A stretch of DNA of 64,000 nucleotides from a virus. Lineage: Duplodnaviria; Caudoviricetes. The stretch is taken from IMG/VR virus record IMGVR_UViG_3300012979_000002, positions 56,527 to 120,526 of that record; one strand, given 5' to 3'. Below the pieces are notes generated by a model, which saw only the letters and a list, made by a program, of their open reading frames with translations, did no database searches and was not told the DNA's origin. The position numbers were made by a program, and so were the translations under genes. Shown one piece after another: positions 40,108-49,906 of this stretch (within the stretch, counting starts at the first letter, position 1; each line of letters opens with the position of its first letter).

Positions 40108-41124
40108 TTATAGTTCTTTTAATTCAGCTAACGCTGCTTCAACTAAGTCTTGTTGTGCTGGAGTTGCTTCAGTAATTTTCTTACCTGCTCCTAAGTATTG
40201 TTCTATGATGGAAGTCATAGATTCAGCTAAGTCGCTTTCTCCTGCTACAATTCTTTCTTTAAGTTGATTGATAGTTGAGGTTACATCTTTATAAACTTCT
40301 GTAAAAGTTCTTTTCTTAGTAGCTTCTTCTACTACTTTTGCTTCCTCTAAAATTGTTTTGTTTTCAGTTGAGATTTTTACTCCAGCAGATAACATTGCTT
40401 CATCAGCACTTTGAACTGCTTTGACTAATTCATCATAACTAAAATTAATTTTAATAGGTAATCCCTCTCCATAACGAGACCCGGCTTCAATTTCAGTATT
40501 ACCATATACTCCTCCACGAAGATATGCTACTGATTTATTTCCACCATTACCATCGGCTTCTTCAGCCACGAACATATATACGTCTACCAAACCAGAAATA
40601 ATTTCTTTAGGTCTCTTGTCTAATGCTGGTGTAATTCCGCTATGATTGATACCCATAGTATCAATGTAATCTTTTTTCTCTGCGTGAGCAATAAAGATTA
40701 GAGTATAACCCATTTGTCCTAATGTATTAATTACATCTTGGAACTCATCACGTACAGCTCTATATCCTTTACCAAATGCCAAGTCAGTTAAGTCTTCAAT
40801 GTCTTTTTGTGTCTTAACAAACTTTTCTGCACATCCCCACATTAATGGGGCTGTGTCGATGATTACTGTATCGTAGATGTCACGCACTTCTTGTTTCTTT
40901 AATTGTTTAGCGTAGTTTTTCATATCTAACCAAGATGTTACTGGTACTGCTTTTACCCCATCAATTAAATTGTACCCTGGTTCAAATGCTAATAATAGTG
41001 GTTTGCTAAACTGACAAGCTACAGTAGTCTTACCAGTTTTAGCACCTCCATACATAAAGAACATTTTGCCTTGAACCCCGGCTTTGACCTTATGCTCTTC
41101 TACTTTTAATAAATCTAATGCCAC
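40108..41124 (-). CDS. Sak4-like AAA_24 ATPase/recombinase
   Basis: YGGAKTGKTT, VIIDT, FGKGY, IFIAH. Confidence 0.85.
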   Translation of the reverse strand: MALDLLKVEEHKVKAGVQGKMFFMYGGAKTGKTTVACQFSKPLLLAFEPGYNLIDGVKAVPVTSWLDMKNYAKQLKKQEVRDIYDTVIIDTAPLMWGCAEKFVKTQKDIEDLTDLAFGKGYRAVRDEFQDVINTLGQMGYTLIFIAHAEKKDYIDTMGINHSGITPALDKRPKEIISGLVDVYMFVAEEADGNGGNKSVAYLRGGVYGNTEIEAGSRYGEGLPIKINFSYDELVKAVQSADEAMLSAGVKISTENKTILEEAKVVEEATKKRTFTEVYKDVTSTINQLKERIVAGESDLAESMTSIIEQYLGAGKKITEATPAQQDLVEAALAELKEL

Positions 41125-41136
41125 TATTTATACCTC

Positions 41137-42009
41137 CTAGAATAATAAGTCAGCGCCTGCTGTTTTATTTGCTGCTGCTGTCATTTGAGCTCTTGCTTTA
41201 TATTTCTCAGTGATGTCATTGTTTTGAGCAACAATTAAACTTTGTAAGTCTTTTAAAGCATATCCGCTCTCTGCTCCGTCTTCTGCTGGAGTACCTGCTG
41301 TAATTTTTAATAAACGAACTGTATTTGTATAAGTTTGTTTAATAGGTTCTCCGAATCCTAGTTCTTTTTCTACTACTCTTTCGTGTTGTTCATAAATGAT
41401 TTGACCACATAAAGTAACTAGGTCTCCAGGTCCATAGTTTGTGTTAATATAATTTACAGCCTCAGGGTCATCAAATCTTAAAGTTAATTCATTTACTTTA
41501 TTACCATACCCTACATTTAATAATTTTAAATCGTAACTGTCTGTGCTATTACCTTCTCTATCAACAACCTCTTTAATTGAAGCAATAACTCCTTGCACTT
41601 CGAAACTGTTTTGGTTTATAGCATCGCTTGCTGCAGCTTTAATAAAAGATGCACCAATTCTCCAATTACTAACTACTTTGTTGTCTCTTTCAGAGTAAAA
41701 ACTATTATCTTCAATACGAGCATTGCTAATAGCTACTTTAGGTGCTTTTTGAATACCTACAGTTCTAGCTGATTGTAATTCCACTACTTTAATTAATCTT
41801 TCGTATAAAGTGTTTTTCTCTCCTGTGTTTTTTAATTCATATGCAAACACTGATACAGGGATAACATAGTCGTTATCTGTCATAACTTCTAATTCTCCTG
41901 ATAAGTATTTACGACCATTCTTGTCTACTTTATTTTCTAATGTGTTATCCATTAGAGTCCCTTGAATGGTTACTTTGTTTAACATTTGTTTTAATTCTAC
42001 TTTTGCCAT
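41137..42009 (-). CDS. Single-stranded DNA-binding protein (tandem OB-fold type)
   Basis: N.V.I.G.L OB start, second F.V.G.I repeat, C-terminal DLLF; next to the Sak4-like gene. Confidence 0.65.
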   Translation of the reverse strand: MAKVELKQMLNKVTIQGTLMDNTLENKVDKNGRKYLSGELEVMTDNDYVIPVSVFAYELKNTGEKNTLYERLIKVVELQSARTVGIQKAPKVAISNARIEDNSFYSERDNKVVSNWRIGASFIKAAASDAINQNSFEVQGVIASIKEVVDREGNSTDSYDLKLLNVGYGNKVNELTLRFDDPEAVNYINTNYGPGDLVTLCGQIIYEQHERVVEKELGFGEPIKQTYTNTVRLLKITAGTPAEDGAESGYALKDLQSLIVAQNNDITEKYKARAQMTAAANKTAGADLLF

Positions 42010-42046
42010 ATGTCCTCCTTAATTGAATTACGAATTAATTGTATCA

Positions 42047-42298
42047 TTATTTTTCGTCTTTGTCAATACTATTTTTCATTTCTGTTAAAGTTTGTTCTTC
42101 CCCGTCCGGTGTTAGTCTAAGTTTGGTGCTCTCAGCGAAAGCATCTAAGTCTACAAAACCTACACGTCCGTGTTGATGAAACAATCCAAAATTCATATTT
42201 CGTAATGTTTCAGAACCATCTATTAAAGAACTTACGTCCGCGACTAGTTGTCTTACGGCATCCATATGGTCAGCGGTATATTGAGCTTCTTTTTCCAT
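42047..42298 (-). CDS. Hypothetical protein
   Basis: AAGGAGG RBS; promoter upstream. Confidence 0.7.
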   Translation of the reverse strand: MEKEAQYTADHMDAVRQLVADVSSLIDGSETLRNMNFGLFHQHGRVGFVDLDAFAESTKLRLTPDGEEQTLTEMKNSIDKDEK

Positions 42299-42435
42299 AG
42301 TTATATGTCCTCCTTGATTTAATTACATTCATAGTATAACATAGTTTTATAGTTTTGTAAATAGTCTGTGAAAATTTCTTTTGAAAAATTAAAAAAAATT
42401 AAAAGTGAAAAGTCCAAAATAAACACCAAAAAATA

Positions 42436-42510
42436 TAGCGTATTTCGCTGAAAAATATTTTTTAATATAATTATATTATAAACACCATTTGAGCAAAATA
42501 CGCTAGTTAA
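42436..42510. repeat. Dispersed palindromic element, copy 3 (fully symmetric)
   Basis: TAGCGTA-N20-TAATATAATTATATTA-N20-TACGCTA. Confidence 0.75.
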
Positions 42511-42541
42511 TTTTGTTTAAAAGGTTTACCACTTTATACCC

Positions 42542-42569
42542 AAAAAAAGAGATGTCTTACTGACATCTC
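42542..42569 (-). terminator. Rho-independent terminator of the Ubl transcript
   Basis: GAGATGTC-agtaa-GACATCTC-T7. Confidence 0.8.
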
Positions 42570-42804
42570 CCTAAACTATAAAAAGAATGGAGCGACGACA
42601 AGATAATTTATTAAATATATCTTGTCCCCAAACTAATCCTCCTCAATCTACCAAGATTTTTTATATGTCCTTCTGAAGTCAGTATAAAATGTATTATTAT
42701 AAAAATTGTACGCTCCAAAAGTTCATATAGTTATTTGAACTTATCTTAAAGGGAAGGAGAAGAATTAACTTCTCCTTTATATATTTAAGAGTAAGTTGTA
42801 AGGA

Positions 42805-43026
42805 TTAGTTACCTTTAATCATTTTAGCAACTGTGATGTTTTCGCCTTGTCTTGGTACATATGTTGCTTCTCTAGCAACTCCACCAACTGTGATTTGGTA
42901 TCCGTTGATGCTTTCTCCGTTGAATGCTGCTGCGAATAATTCAGCAACTGTTTCAGTTCCGTGACTGATAACTGGGTTAGCTCCTCCTGGTACTTTTGTA
43001 ATAACTAATGAATAAACTGTTTCCAT
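42805..43026 (-). CDS. Ubiquitin-like (beta-grasp) protein
   Basis: 73 aa with beta-grasp pattern (TVAEL, ITV.G, GE.ITV) and C-terminal KGN; next to E1 and JAB. Confidence 0.8.
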   Translation of the reverse strand: METVYSLVITKVPGGANPVISHGTETVAELFAAAFNGESINGYQITVGGVAREATYVPRQGENITVAKMIKGN

Positions 43027-43085
43027 ATGAAAATTTTCCTCTCTTTCTTAATTTTTTTAATCAATAATTTTTTATTGACAATATA

Positions 43086-43117
43086 ATTATATTATAATTT
43101 ATTGCCATTTGTGAAGT
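43086..43117 (-). promoter_or_regulatory. Promoter of the Ubl gene
   Basis: TTCACA-18-TATAAT with shared ACTnnnCARAWGG motif. Confidence 0.6.
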
Positions 43118-43146
43118 TTTTTTTTGAAAGTTTTTACTCAAAATTT

Positions 43147-43884
43147 TTAGAATAAATCATCTTGAGCAACCGGAACTTCTTCTTCTATTACTTCACTTAC
43201 TTCAAAACTTTCTTCGTATTTATTATAATAATGGTCAAATATGGTTTTGAAATAATAAGTTCCAACACGGTCCATAACTAAGTCAATGAATTGAACTATC
43301 ATTAATGAAGCCGTTTGTAATACTACTGGTAGAACTGTGATTGATGTTCCACATGCTGATACTTCTGCATTGTCGTCATCATAGAAGTCTACTTCGTATT
43401 TACTAAAATCTTTGACACTCATATCAAGTGAATAAACTCTTGCTTGGTCAGAACCTAATCTGCTTTCCCAACAATGTAAAATGTTTTTATTTTCTTTAGC
43501 TGCCATCCAAAGTTCTTTACGAACTTTCATACTGTCAACTAATAAAAATACATAACCTGCCATTTCGTCAATACCTTTGTGCTCATCATCATGAACTGGT
43601 AACACAGCACCAGTATTAACATTTACGACTATGTTAGGATTAATTGCTTTTATCTTTTCCGCTAAAGCTTCTGCTTTTAGTTTTCCCAAGTCTTCAGTGT
43701 CATAGTACTGATTTGGGATGTTGTGAATTTCAACATCATCAAAGTCATATATATTTAACACCGGACAACCCATTCTTGCTAACATCATAGCTACGAATGA
43801 ACCTGTAGCACCCACTCCTATAATATGAATTGGATGCTTAACATTGTCTGGTGAAAATATTTCAATGTGTCTGGATAAATCCAT
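43147..43884 (-). CDS. ThiF/E1-like activating enzyme
   Basis: IIGVGATGS, DFDDVE.HN..NQ, GK.K, LVDS...R, ESRLG, candidate catalytic Cys in SACG. Confidence 0.92.
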   Translation of the reverse strand: MDLSRHIEIFSPDNVKHPIHIIGVGATGSFVAMMLARMGCPVLNIYDFDDVEIHNIPNQYYDTEDLGKLKAEALAEKIKAINPNIVVNVNTGAVLPVHDDEHKGIDEMAGYVFLLVDSMKVRKELWMAAKENKNILHCWESRLGSDQARVYSLDMSVKDFSKYEVDFYDDDNAEVSACGTSITVLPVVLQTASLMIVQFIDLVMDRVGTYYFKTIFDHYYNKYEESFEVSEVIEEEVPVAQDDLF

Positions 43885-43936
43885 TTCGTATTCTCCTTTC
43901 CTTTTTTCTTTTGTAATTTTTTTTAATTACAAATAA

Positions 43937-44073
43937 ATTATAATATTTTTTAGTGCCTTTTGAAAAGTATTTTTTTCATTTTTTTCTAAAAAATATTTTG
44001 GTCATTTAAAAGTTTTTCTTTTTCTTTTAAATTACAATAATATTATAATATATTTTTTGACCTTCTGTATAGT
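43937..44073 (-). promoter_or_regulatory. Tandem promoters upstream of E1
   Basis: Two -35/TATAAT pairs, each with CARAAGG. Confidence 0.55.
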
Positions 44074-44095
44074 TTTTATCCATTACAGAAGACCG

Positions 44096-44152
44096 TATTT
44101 TATAATATTATATCCGTCTCGCGATACGGGACAGATATAATACTACAAAATA
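44096..44152 (-). other. 23-bp RNA hairpin between JAB and E1
   Basis: Fully paired on the minus strand with three G-U wobbles. Confidence 0.65.
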
Positions 44153-44213
44153 AGTAGTATTACAGCCAGCAGTGCTAGCCAAATTATAAAGCCCACATTA
44201 GGAGGAGTGCGTA

Positions 44214-44930
44214 TTAAGCTACTCCTAATATGTCTTGCCAGTAGTTTGGGTCGTTTAAGATTGTATCAAAATCAGACACGTACCTAACCTCTATGTCTTC
44301 TAACATGGGCTTTGTGTCGTTTTTTTTGTTTTTCCCTCTATTACTATATACGGTTCTACTAGGACTAGTTACTGGTGTTGAAGTCTTTGCTGGAGTATAA
44401 GCCTTCTTGCTTACTTTGTCCTTAATCTCTGCCTCAATTTGTGCCTTAAGCTCATTGATACGAGGATTGTAAACTTGTAAGTCTGCTTGGTCCATATGTA
44501 TTTTAATACCGTGCTCATAATCAAAGATGTCAATGTGGTATTCTCTTTTCTTGTTTGTAATTAAACGAATAAACCAAGGGTTACCATCTTTAAAGTATTC
44601 CATTTGAGAGTCGTCTTGTCCTGATGGAGTTGGACTCATGTTAACATGAGAGTGTCCCCAACATTTAATTTTAACTTGTTCCTCAACTGGAGTTTCATTC
44701 CAAAATTCTATTAAAGCCATTGGGTCAATTTCGGTTGTAGTTCCATTAACCTCTTGCTTTAATAAAACGCAGTCAGTAATTAGGTAACCAGTATTGCCAA
44801 CTTTCTCTACGAAAGCTAGCCAACCAATCTCACCATCTGACAAATCACAATACATTTCCATCTTAGCTTTTGCTTCAGCCTTGATGTATAAGTCATATCT
44901 ATTATCTAAAAACGCAACTGTTTTAGCCAT
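44214..44930 (-). CDS. JAB/JAMM metallopeptidase (deubiquitinase-like)
   Basis: EIGWL...WGHSHVNMSPTPSGQD = E...HxH-x7-S-x2-D. Confidence 0.9.
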   Translation of the reverse strand: MAKTVAFLDNRYDLYIKAEAKAKMEMYCDLSDGEIGWLAFVEKVGNTGYLITDCVLLKQEVNGTTTEIDPMALIEFWNETPVEEQVKIKCWGHSHVNMSPTPSGQDDSQMEYFKDGNPWFIRLITNKKREYHIDIFDYEHGIKIHMDQADLQVYNPRINELKAQIEAEIKDKVSKKAYTPAKTSTPVTSPSRTVYSNRGKNKKNDTKPMLEDIEVRYVSDFDTILNDPNYWQDILGVA

Positions 44931-46245
44931 TGCTGTTCGCTCCTTTCATTATTTCTTCGTATAGTGCTGGGTCTTTTTCTTCCAATACCTTTAAGAAAGT
45001 ATCGTCTTTACCATTATACGACCCAGTATTTGATGAAGTATAATTGGTGTTTAAATCACGGAATGAGATGTTATTCTCTCTTTTCCATTGTAAGAACTGT
45101 GGAATAGACATGCGTCTAATACTTTCGTCTTCTCTGCGATTTGCCACAAAATCTTTTAATATATCTAGGGCGGCACAATATACCATTTCCCCTGCATCAT
45201 TATAAATTGGATACCACCATACTTTTCTTCCTGCGTAGTCTCTTATGTTTGCAGTAGTTAGATACTGTTTCAAACACATAAAGAAGTACTCTAAACCATG
45301 TTCGGCTGTGTGAGCTATAACATCGTTCATTTCCCCTCCACAGAAGTGATTCTTTCCAAAGTGTGGATAGCCTATAGTACTCCAGTTATTTACTGAAAAC
45401 ATATCATCAAAACTATTGTCTAGAGTTTCAATGAACTCTGGTTTGAAATCTGGTCTAATTCTAATACGAGTAGCCACCATTCCAAAATGACCACCTGAAT
45501 AAATATGTTTTGCTGTTTCATATAAATACTTGTTGTTACGGAAGTCATCCTCTGGTATGAATTTCCCCATAGGTTCTGATGTATAAATAGCCATAGGCTT
45601 TAAAGTTAAAATTATACAATCTCCCTCAAGCTCTGCTGTTTGTATCATATTTAGATACTCTAGGTCTTTTAGGGTAATTTTTCTACTACATACTTTTCTT
45701 TCCTTAGACAATGCTTTAATGCTTTCATTAATAACTTTTAATTCGGCTGGTATCGCCTTATAACGATTAGCAAACTGTTTGTATTCGTCTAACTTGTCAA
45801 GATGACTAATTAAACTCTTGTCATCAAAAGCTAGAGCATCATATACAGTATTGCTTAATTTATATTCTCTACTATCATCTTTGTCATTAAACTTAATAAC
45901 CTTGTATTTGATTGTAGGAATTGCCATCCTTAAGTCATCTAAGAATAATCTAAGTTCTAACTTAAATGATGACTGCTCTATTGTCTTATCATAGCCAGGT
46001 AGAGCAGTTAGTATCCATATGTCGGTTATTCTTTCCTGTTTAATGAAAGTAATATAATCGTGCAGTCTAGTAGAAGCATCGTTTCTAAATGGTCTTTTAG
46101 GGCTTTTGTTGTGATTAAGGTCTAACCCTAATACTGTTTGCCCGTGTTGTTTAAAACACCCCATCATATAAACAATGTAGCTTTTCATACGACTGTCTTG
46201 ATTACTAGTGATTAAGTAGTTATCTCCTATCTTTAATTTTATCAC
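44923..46245 (-). CDS. Putative E2-like (UBC-fold) protein with N-terminal domain and coiled coil
   Basis: YPHF.....CGG followed by helical segment ending QYL...N, typical of prokaryotic E2 PH-x-C; stop overlaps the JAB start. Confidence 0.6.
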   Translation of the reverse strand: MIKLKIGDNYLITSNQDSRMKSYIVYMMGCFKQHGQTVLGLDLNHNKSPKRPFRNDASTRLHDYITFIKQERITDIWILTALPGYDKTIEQSSFKLELRLFLDDLRMAIPTIKYKVIKFNDKDDSREYKLSNTVYDALAFDDKSLISHLDKLDEYKQFANRYKAIPAELKVINESIKALSKERKVCSRKITLKDLEYLNMIQTAELEGDCIILTLKPMAIYTSEPMGKFIPEDDFRNNKYLYETAKHIYSGGHFGMVATRIRIRPDFKPEFIETLDNSFDDMFSVNNWSTIGYPHFGKNHFCGGEMNDVIAHTAEHGLEYFFMCLKQYLTTANIRDYAGRKVWWYPIYNDAGEMVYCAALDILKDFVANRREDESIRRMSIPQFLQWKRENNISFRDLNTNYTSSNTGSYNGKDDTFLKVLEEKDPALYEEIMKGANSNG

Positions 46246-47983
46246 GGATTACCTCTCCTTTCATGTCCCCATAGTTAAAAGTAATACGATTAGTTTTAGC
46301 ATCATAATACTTTCTTAATGGGTATTCTCCGATAAGAACCAATTCGTTTTTGTCTTTACGACATTGAACTGTGGCCATAACTCTCACCATAGCCTTAGTT
46401 TCTTGAATTGGATTAATTCTTTGATTATTTATTGAATTAATTATAACATTTTGAGGCTCCACGTGTAAAGTTTTATAATAATTATTTTTAGTTTTTTTAT
46501 CCATTTCAACTTGAGGAATTGCCATACACTTAGAAAAGTCAAAGTGATTTACATAAGAAGCTAAGCCTTTATATTCTTCCTCTAGTCTAGCCTTCATTCT
46601 CTCATATGATTGTACAACCTGAGCATCCATGTTAGCTGTGGCTTTAGTACAAAACTTAAACCAAGTTGATAATATATCATCGTCTCCTTCAGGAGTTATA
46701 TTATTTTGTAAAAAGTCAGGATACTGTTGAAGAACTTCTCTTAGGTGAGCTACATAATCATCGGTATAAACTTGACCAACTTGTGCGTCAATTAAACGAC
46801 TAACCCACTCTAAAGCTCTAAGTTGTATCTTATCTTCATTAACTGGTATAATTAAATCTAGATAATATGTAGTGCCTGGTGAGTGAACATTTAATGGGAA
46901 TGCCATTTTTCTTTGTTTACCCTTATGACTTACTAAACAACTTATTTGTCCTTCCATACGAGTTCCGCCATTACTCATTCCAAGATGACCTGTAGAATAT
47001 AAAATCTTATCCTTTCTTATAAAATGTAAAATAACCTTATTTAATTCTAAAATTAAGTTATTACTATATACCGTAAAGAATAAATCTTTATTGTTGGCGA
47101 ATTGACACAATACAATTAAACGAGCATTTACTTTTTCTTGCCAGTATTTAATGTAAGGTGCAGACTCTTCAAAGCAAGTATTGCCGTCATATACAACAAT
47201 TGAGCGACCAATACGAGCTACTCTTACCCTATTCTTATACATTAGCCTAAAATAAAACTCTCCTTGACGGCCTGCTACAAATTGTGATGCTAAGAATGGA
47301 GGAAAAACATTATCAACTGTAGAAGCCCCTAATAAATTAACACTAGGACCATCTAATGCTGATACTATATCATCAAACCATTCTAAATTCATTTTTACTA
47401 ATGAACCTCTGTGATACACTTTATCGTTTCTTACACCAACTCTTACTGCTATATTATTTTCTACATTATAAAAACGAATTAATTTCTCTAGTGTTAAATT
47501 ACTAGAACCTAATATAAGCTGGTCTCCTTTTAAGTCCAAATTAACATTTCCAATTTGAATAACAACATCGTCAGGCATACCTGGTCCTAACCATGCTCCT
47601 CTAATAGCACTAGCTCCTCTTAATATATTCTTTAAGCTAGCTAAGAAACCTCCGTTGCGATTAAAAGTCATACCTTCTAAATCTAGAACCATTTGATAAT
47701 ACATATGGTTAGTTGCATTGTATTCTATTTCTTGAGTTTTGCTATATACGATTGGTTGAGTTTTTAATTTATCTATATGAGATAAAACTTCTGCTGCTGG
47801 TCTTAATCCCTGTGTAGCGTGTCTTTCTTCATAAGTATTCTTAATTAAATCTAAACCTAAGTTCTTAATTTGTTCCATAGTACCAGGTCTAGTAGTAATT
47901 ATTCTTAATACTAGCTGGTGTAATAATGGTGTATTGTAAGTGTATTCGCTAAAGTGATTTATTGATACTTTTACTTCTTTCAT
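46220..47983 (-). CDS. Large hypothetical protein coupled to the E2-like gene
   Basis: 587 aa; AGGAG RBS; 26-nt overlap with the next gene. Confidence 0.75.
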   Translation of the reverse strand: MKEVKVSINHFSEYTYNTPLLHQLVLRIITTRPGTMEQIKNLGLDLIKNTYEERHATQGLRPAAEVLSHIDKLKTQPIVYSKTQEIEYNATNHMYYQMVLDLEGMTFNRNGGFLASLKNILRGASAIRGAWLGPGMPDDVVIQIGNVNLDLKGDQLILGSSNLTLEKLIRFYNVENNIAVRVGVRNDKVYHRGSLVKMNLEWFDDIVSALDGPSVNLLGASTVDNVFPPFLASQFVAGRQGEFYFRLMYKNRVRVARIGRSIVVYDGNTCFEESAPYIKYWQEKVNARLIVLCQFANNKDLFFTVYSNNLILELNKVILHFIRKDKILYSTGHLGMSNGGTRMEGQISCLVSHKGKQRKMAFPLNVHSPGTTYYLDLIIPVNEDKIQLRALEWVSRLIDAQVGQVYTDDYVAHLREVLQQYPDFLQNNITPEGDDDILSTWFKFCTKATANMDAQVVQSYERMKARLEEEYKGLASYVNHFDFSKCMAIPQVEMDKKTKNNYYKTLHVEPQNVIINSINNQRINPIQETKAMVRVMATVQCRKDKNELVLIGEYPLRKYYDAKTNRITFNYGDMKGEVIRDKIKDRR

Positions 47984-47998
47984 ATTTTCACTCTCCTA

Positions 47999-48271
47999 TT
48001 ATCTTCTGCTTAAGTATCTAACCAAATGATAATCACTAATGATTGTCTTTTCTGGTGATAAGTAAGTTTTCTTTTTCATTTTTGGGTGGTTAAATTCTCT
48101 ATTACATCTTTTTCTTTTTGTGGTTAATTTCTGAACCACTATGTTATCTTCTTCATCAAAATCTACTATGATAGCCGGTCTTACTTTTTCCATGTTGCCC
48201 GGTGTTGCATAAGGGAAATGGACTAGCCATATATCCCCTACACATGGTTCTCTAGTAGTTCTTGTGGTCAT
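47999..48271 (-). CDS. PemK/MazF-like endoribonuclease
   Basis: VGDIWLVHFPY.......K.RPAIIV...V..LTTK. Confidence 0.75.
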   Translation of the reverse strand: MTTRTTREPCVGDIWLVHFPYATPGNMEKVRPAIIVDFDEEDNIVVQKLTTKRKRCNREFNHPKMKKKTYLSPEKTIISDYHLVRYLSRR

Positions 48272-48659
48272 ATAAGTATATCTTCTCTTCATTTTCATCT
48301 ATCTCCCATATTCCAGTATTTGGGTGTTGTTTTAATTCCCCAAACGCCTTAGCCAATACTTCATCTATTCCTTGATTTAACATTCCTACAGGTAAAGCCT
48401 TGGCATATTTTTCTAAATCGTCTATTAAATATAATCCATACACTCCTTTGTTGTGCAAGATTACTAGACGATGTCCTACATCGTATGGTTGTATAATGAA
48501 CATCCAAGTATTAAATAAGGTATCTAAGTAAGTACCGTATGTGTTTTCTGGATGGTTCTTAACATTCCATACAACTGAATGTGGTGTAAGTGGTTGTGCA
48601 GATTTTGACGATAGTAGTTTTTTAGTTATATACTTATTAAATCTTAGGTTGGGTGTCAT
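48252..48659 (-). CDS. Hypothetical protein
   Basis: TAATG coupling. Confidence 0.7.
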   Translation of the reverse strand: MTPNLRFNKYITKKLLSSKSAQPLTPHSVVWNVKNHPENTYGTYLDTLFNTWMFIIQPYDVGHRLVILHNKGVYGLYLIDDLEKYAKALPVGMLNQGIDEVLAKAFGELKQHPNTGIWEIDENEEKIYLYDHKNY

Positions 48660-49240
48660 TAGTGAATACCCACTATCCATTCTTTCCTACGATTTTTAAC
48701 CACTTCACTTAAATCTATTTCTTTGTCATCCACGGTAACCTTTTGTATTGAGAATAATTTACTTAAGGTTTGGATGTTGTTTATATGTTCATTACCACAA
48801 ATGGATGTGTGCATAGGTGTTTGACCATACACTGGCATCTCATCATATTCTATTTTCTTTGCTTCATCAAGTTTTAATAAAACTCCTTTTTCAAATGGTG
48901 TTAACATATGTTGCACTAAATCATAAGCCGCCATCTCATTTTCAGGAGCATTACACATTCTTTTTAACACATTGTTATATGCTTTTGTGCTTTTAAAGAA
49001 TATAAAACCACTAAATTCCTCTCTCAAAGCCATAATTGGAAGATTATTATATATTTCTTTGTTAGAAATAGCTTTGTCATTATGGTCTTCCAACTGAACG
49101 ATGAAATAATGAATGGCAATTTTCTTCACAAACTTGATAGCAAGTTTTGGATACTTAGTCGTCAGTTTAACTGTGAAGTCTTTATATGACCCCGCGTGTA
49201 TTAAAACTGTATGACTGATAAAGGCTGGAACTTTTGCCAT
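48659..49240 (-). CDS. Hypothetical protein
   Basis: Downstream of a TTGAAA-18-TATAAT promoter. Confidence 0.7.
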   Translation of the reverse strand: MAKVPAFISHTVLIHAGSYKDFTVKLTTKYPKLAIKFVKKIAIHYFIVQLEDHNDKAISNKEIYNNLPIMALREEFSGFIFFKSTKAYNNVLKRMCNAPENEMAAYDLVQHMLTPFEKGVLLKLDEAKKIEYDEMPVYGQTPMHTSICGNEHINNIQTLSKLFSIQKVTVDDKEIDLSEVVKNRRKEWIVGIH

Positions 49241-49288
49241 CTTATCACTCTCTTTCTTTTTTTATTTACATTATAATTATAATATATT

Positions 49289-49906
49289 TTAGTGGCGTCT
49301 TTCAAGTTTTTTTTCACCTAAAATAGCAATTTTAAACTTGTACATGTCTAGCCCTAAAATGGCATCTATACAATACACTTCACCATTGTCGCGATTTACT
49401 ATGTCTATTTCACTTTCTTCTTGAAATAGAAAGCGTGTATGCTCGTCTAAGTTAAGTTGGTATGTATTATTTGTAATACTTTCTCTGTGCAATAGCTGCA
49501 GGTCCTCTTTGTTATTTAATCTAGTCCCGGTATTAAACAAAGTCCAGTATCTTTCCTTCACACTTAACATATCATAAAAGAAATATACGCCCCTAGTTTT
49601 ATCTTTATACAAATCTAACAAAGCATCTCTAAAGTCTGCTTCCTTTTCTATAAAGATAAATTGGCTGTCTTCTTGGTGCATGGCTAAAAACGAGAAGTTG
49701 TCCAATACAAATTTACAGATTTCCTCTTTGGTTTTTTGATAGTCCATAACTGTCAACATTACAAAATGAAAGTCAGCGTCCAATTTAGGTTCAGTAACTT
49801 TGTAGTGAGCTGTAATTTCAGTGAACTGAGTAAAGCGCTTTTGCTCCATTAGAAAATAGGGGTATAGTTCTTCATCAAAAAATAAAGTAAAAACACTATA
49901 TCCCAT
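49289..49906 (-). CDS. Hypothetical protein
   Basis: TAATG coupling. Confidence 0.7.
   Translation of the reverse strand: MGYSVFTLFFDEELYPYFLMEQKRFTQFTEITAHYKVTEPKLDADFHFVMLTVMDYQKTKEEICKFVLDNFSFLAMHQEDSQFIFIEKEADFRDALLDLYKDKTRGVYFFYDMLSVKERYWTLFNTGTRLNNKEDLQLLHRESITNNTYQLNLDEHTRFLFQEESEIDIVNRDNGEVYCIDAILGLDMYKFKIAILGEKKLERRH

Noticed and set aside
43147-43884. Thiamine or molybdopterin biosynthesis (ThiF/MoeB) role
   Set aside because: No pathway genes nearby, no zinc CxxC pairs or rhodanese domain, and JAB plus E2-like neighbours favour conjugation.
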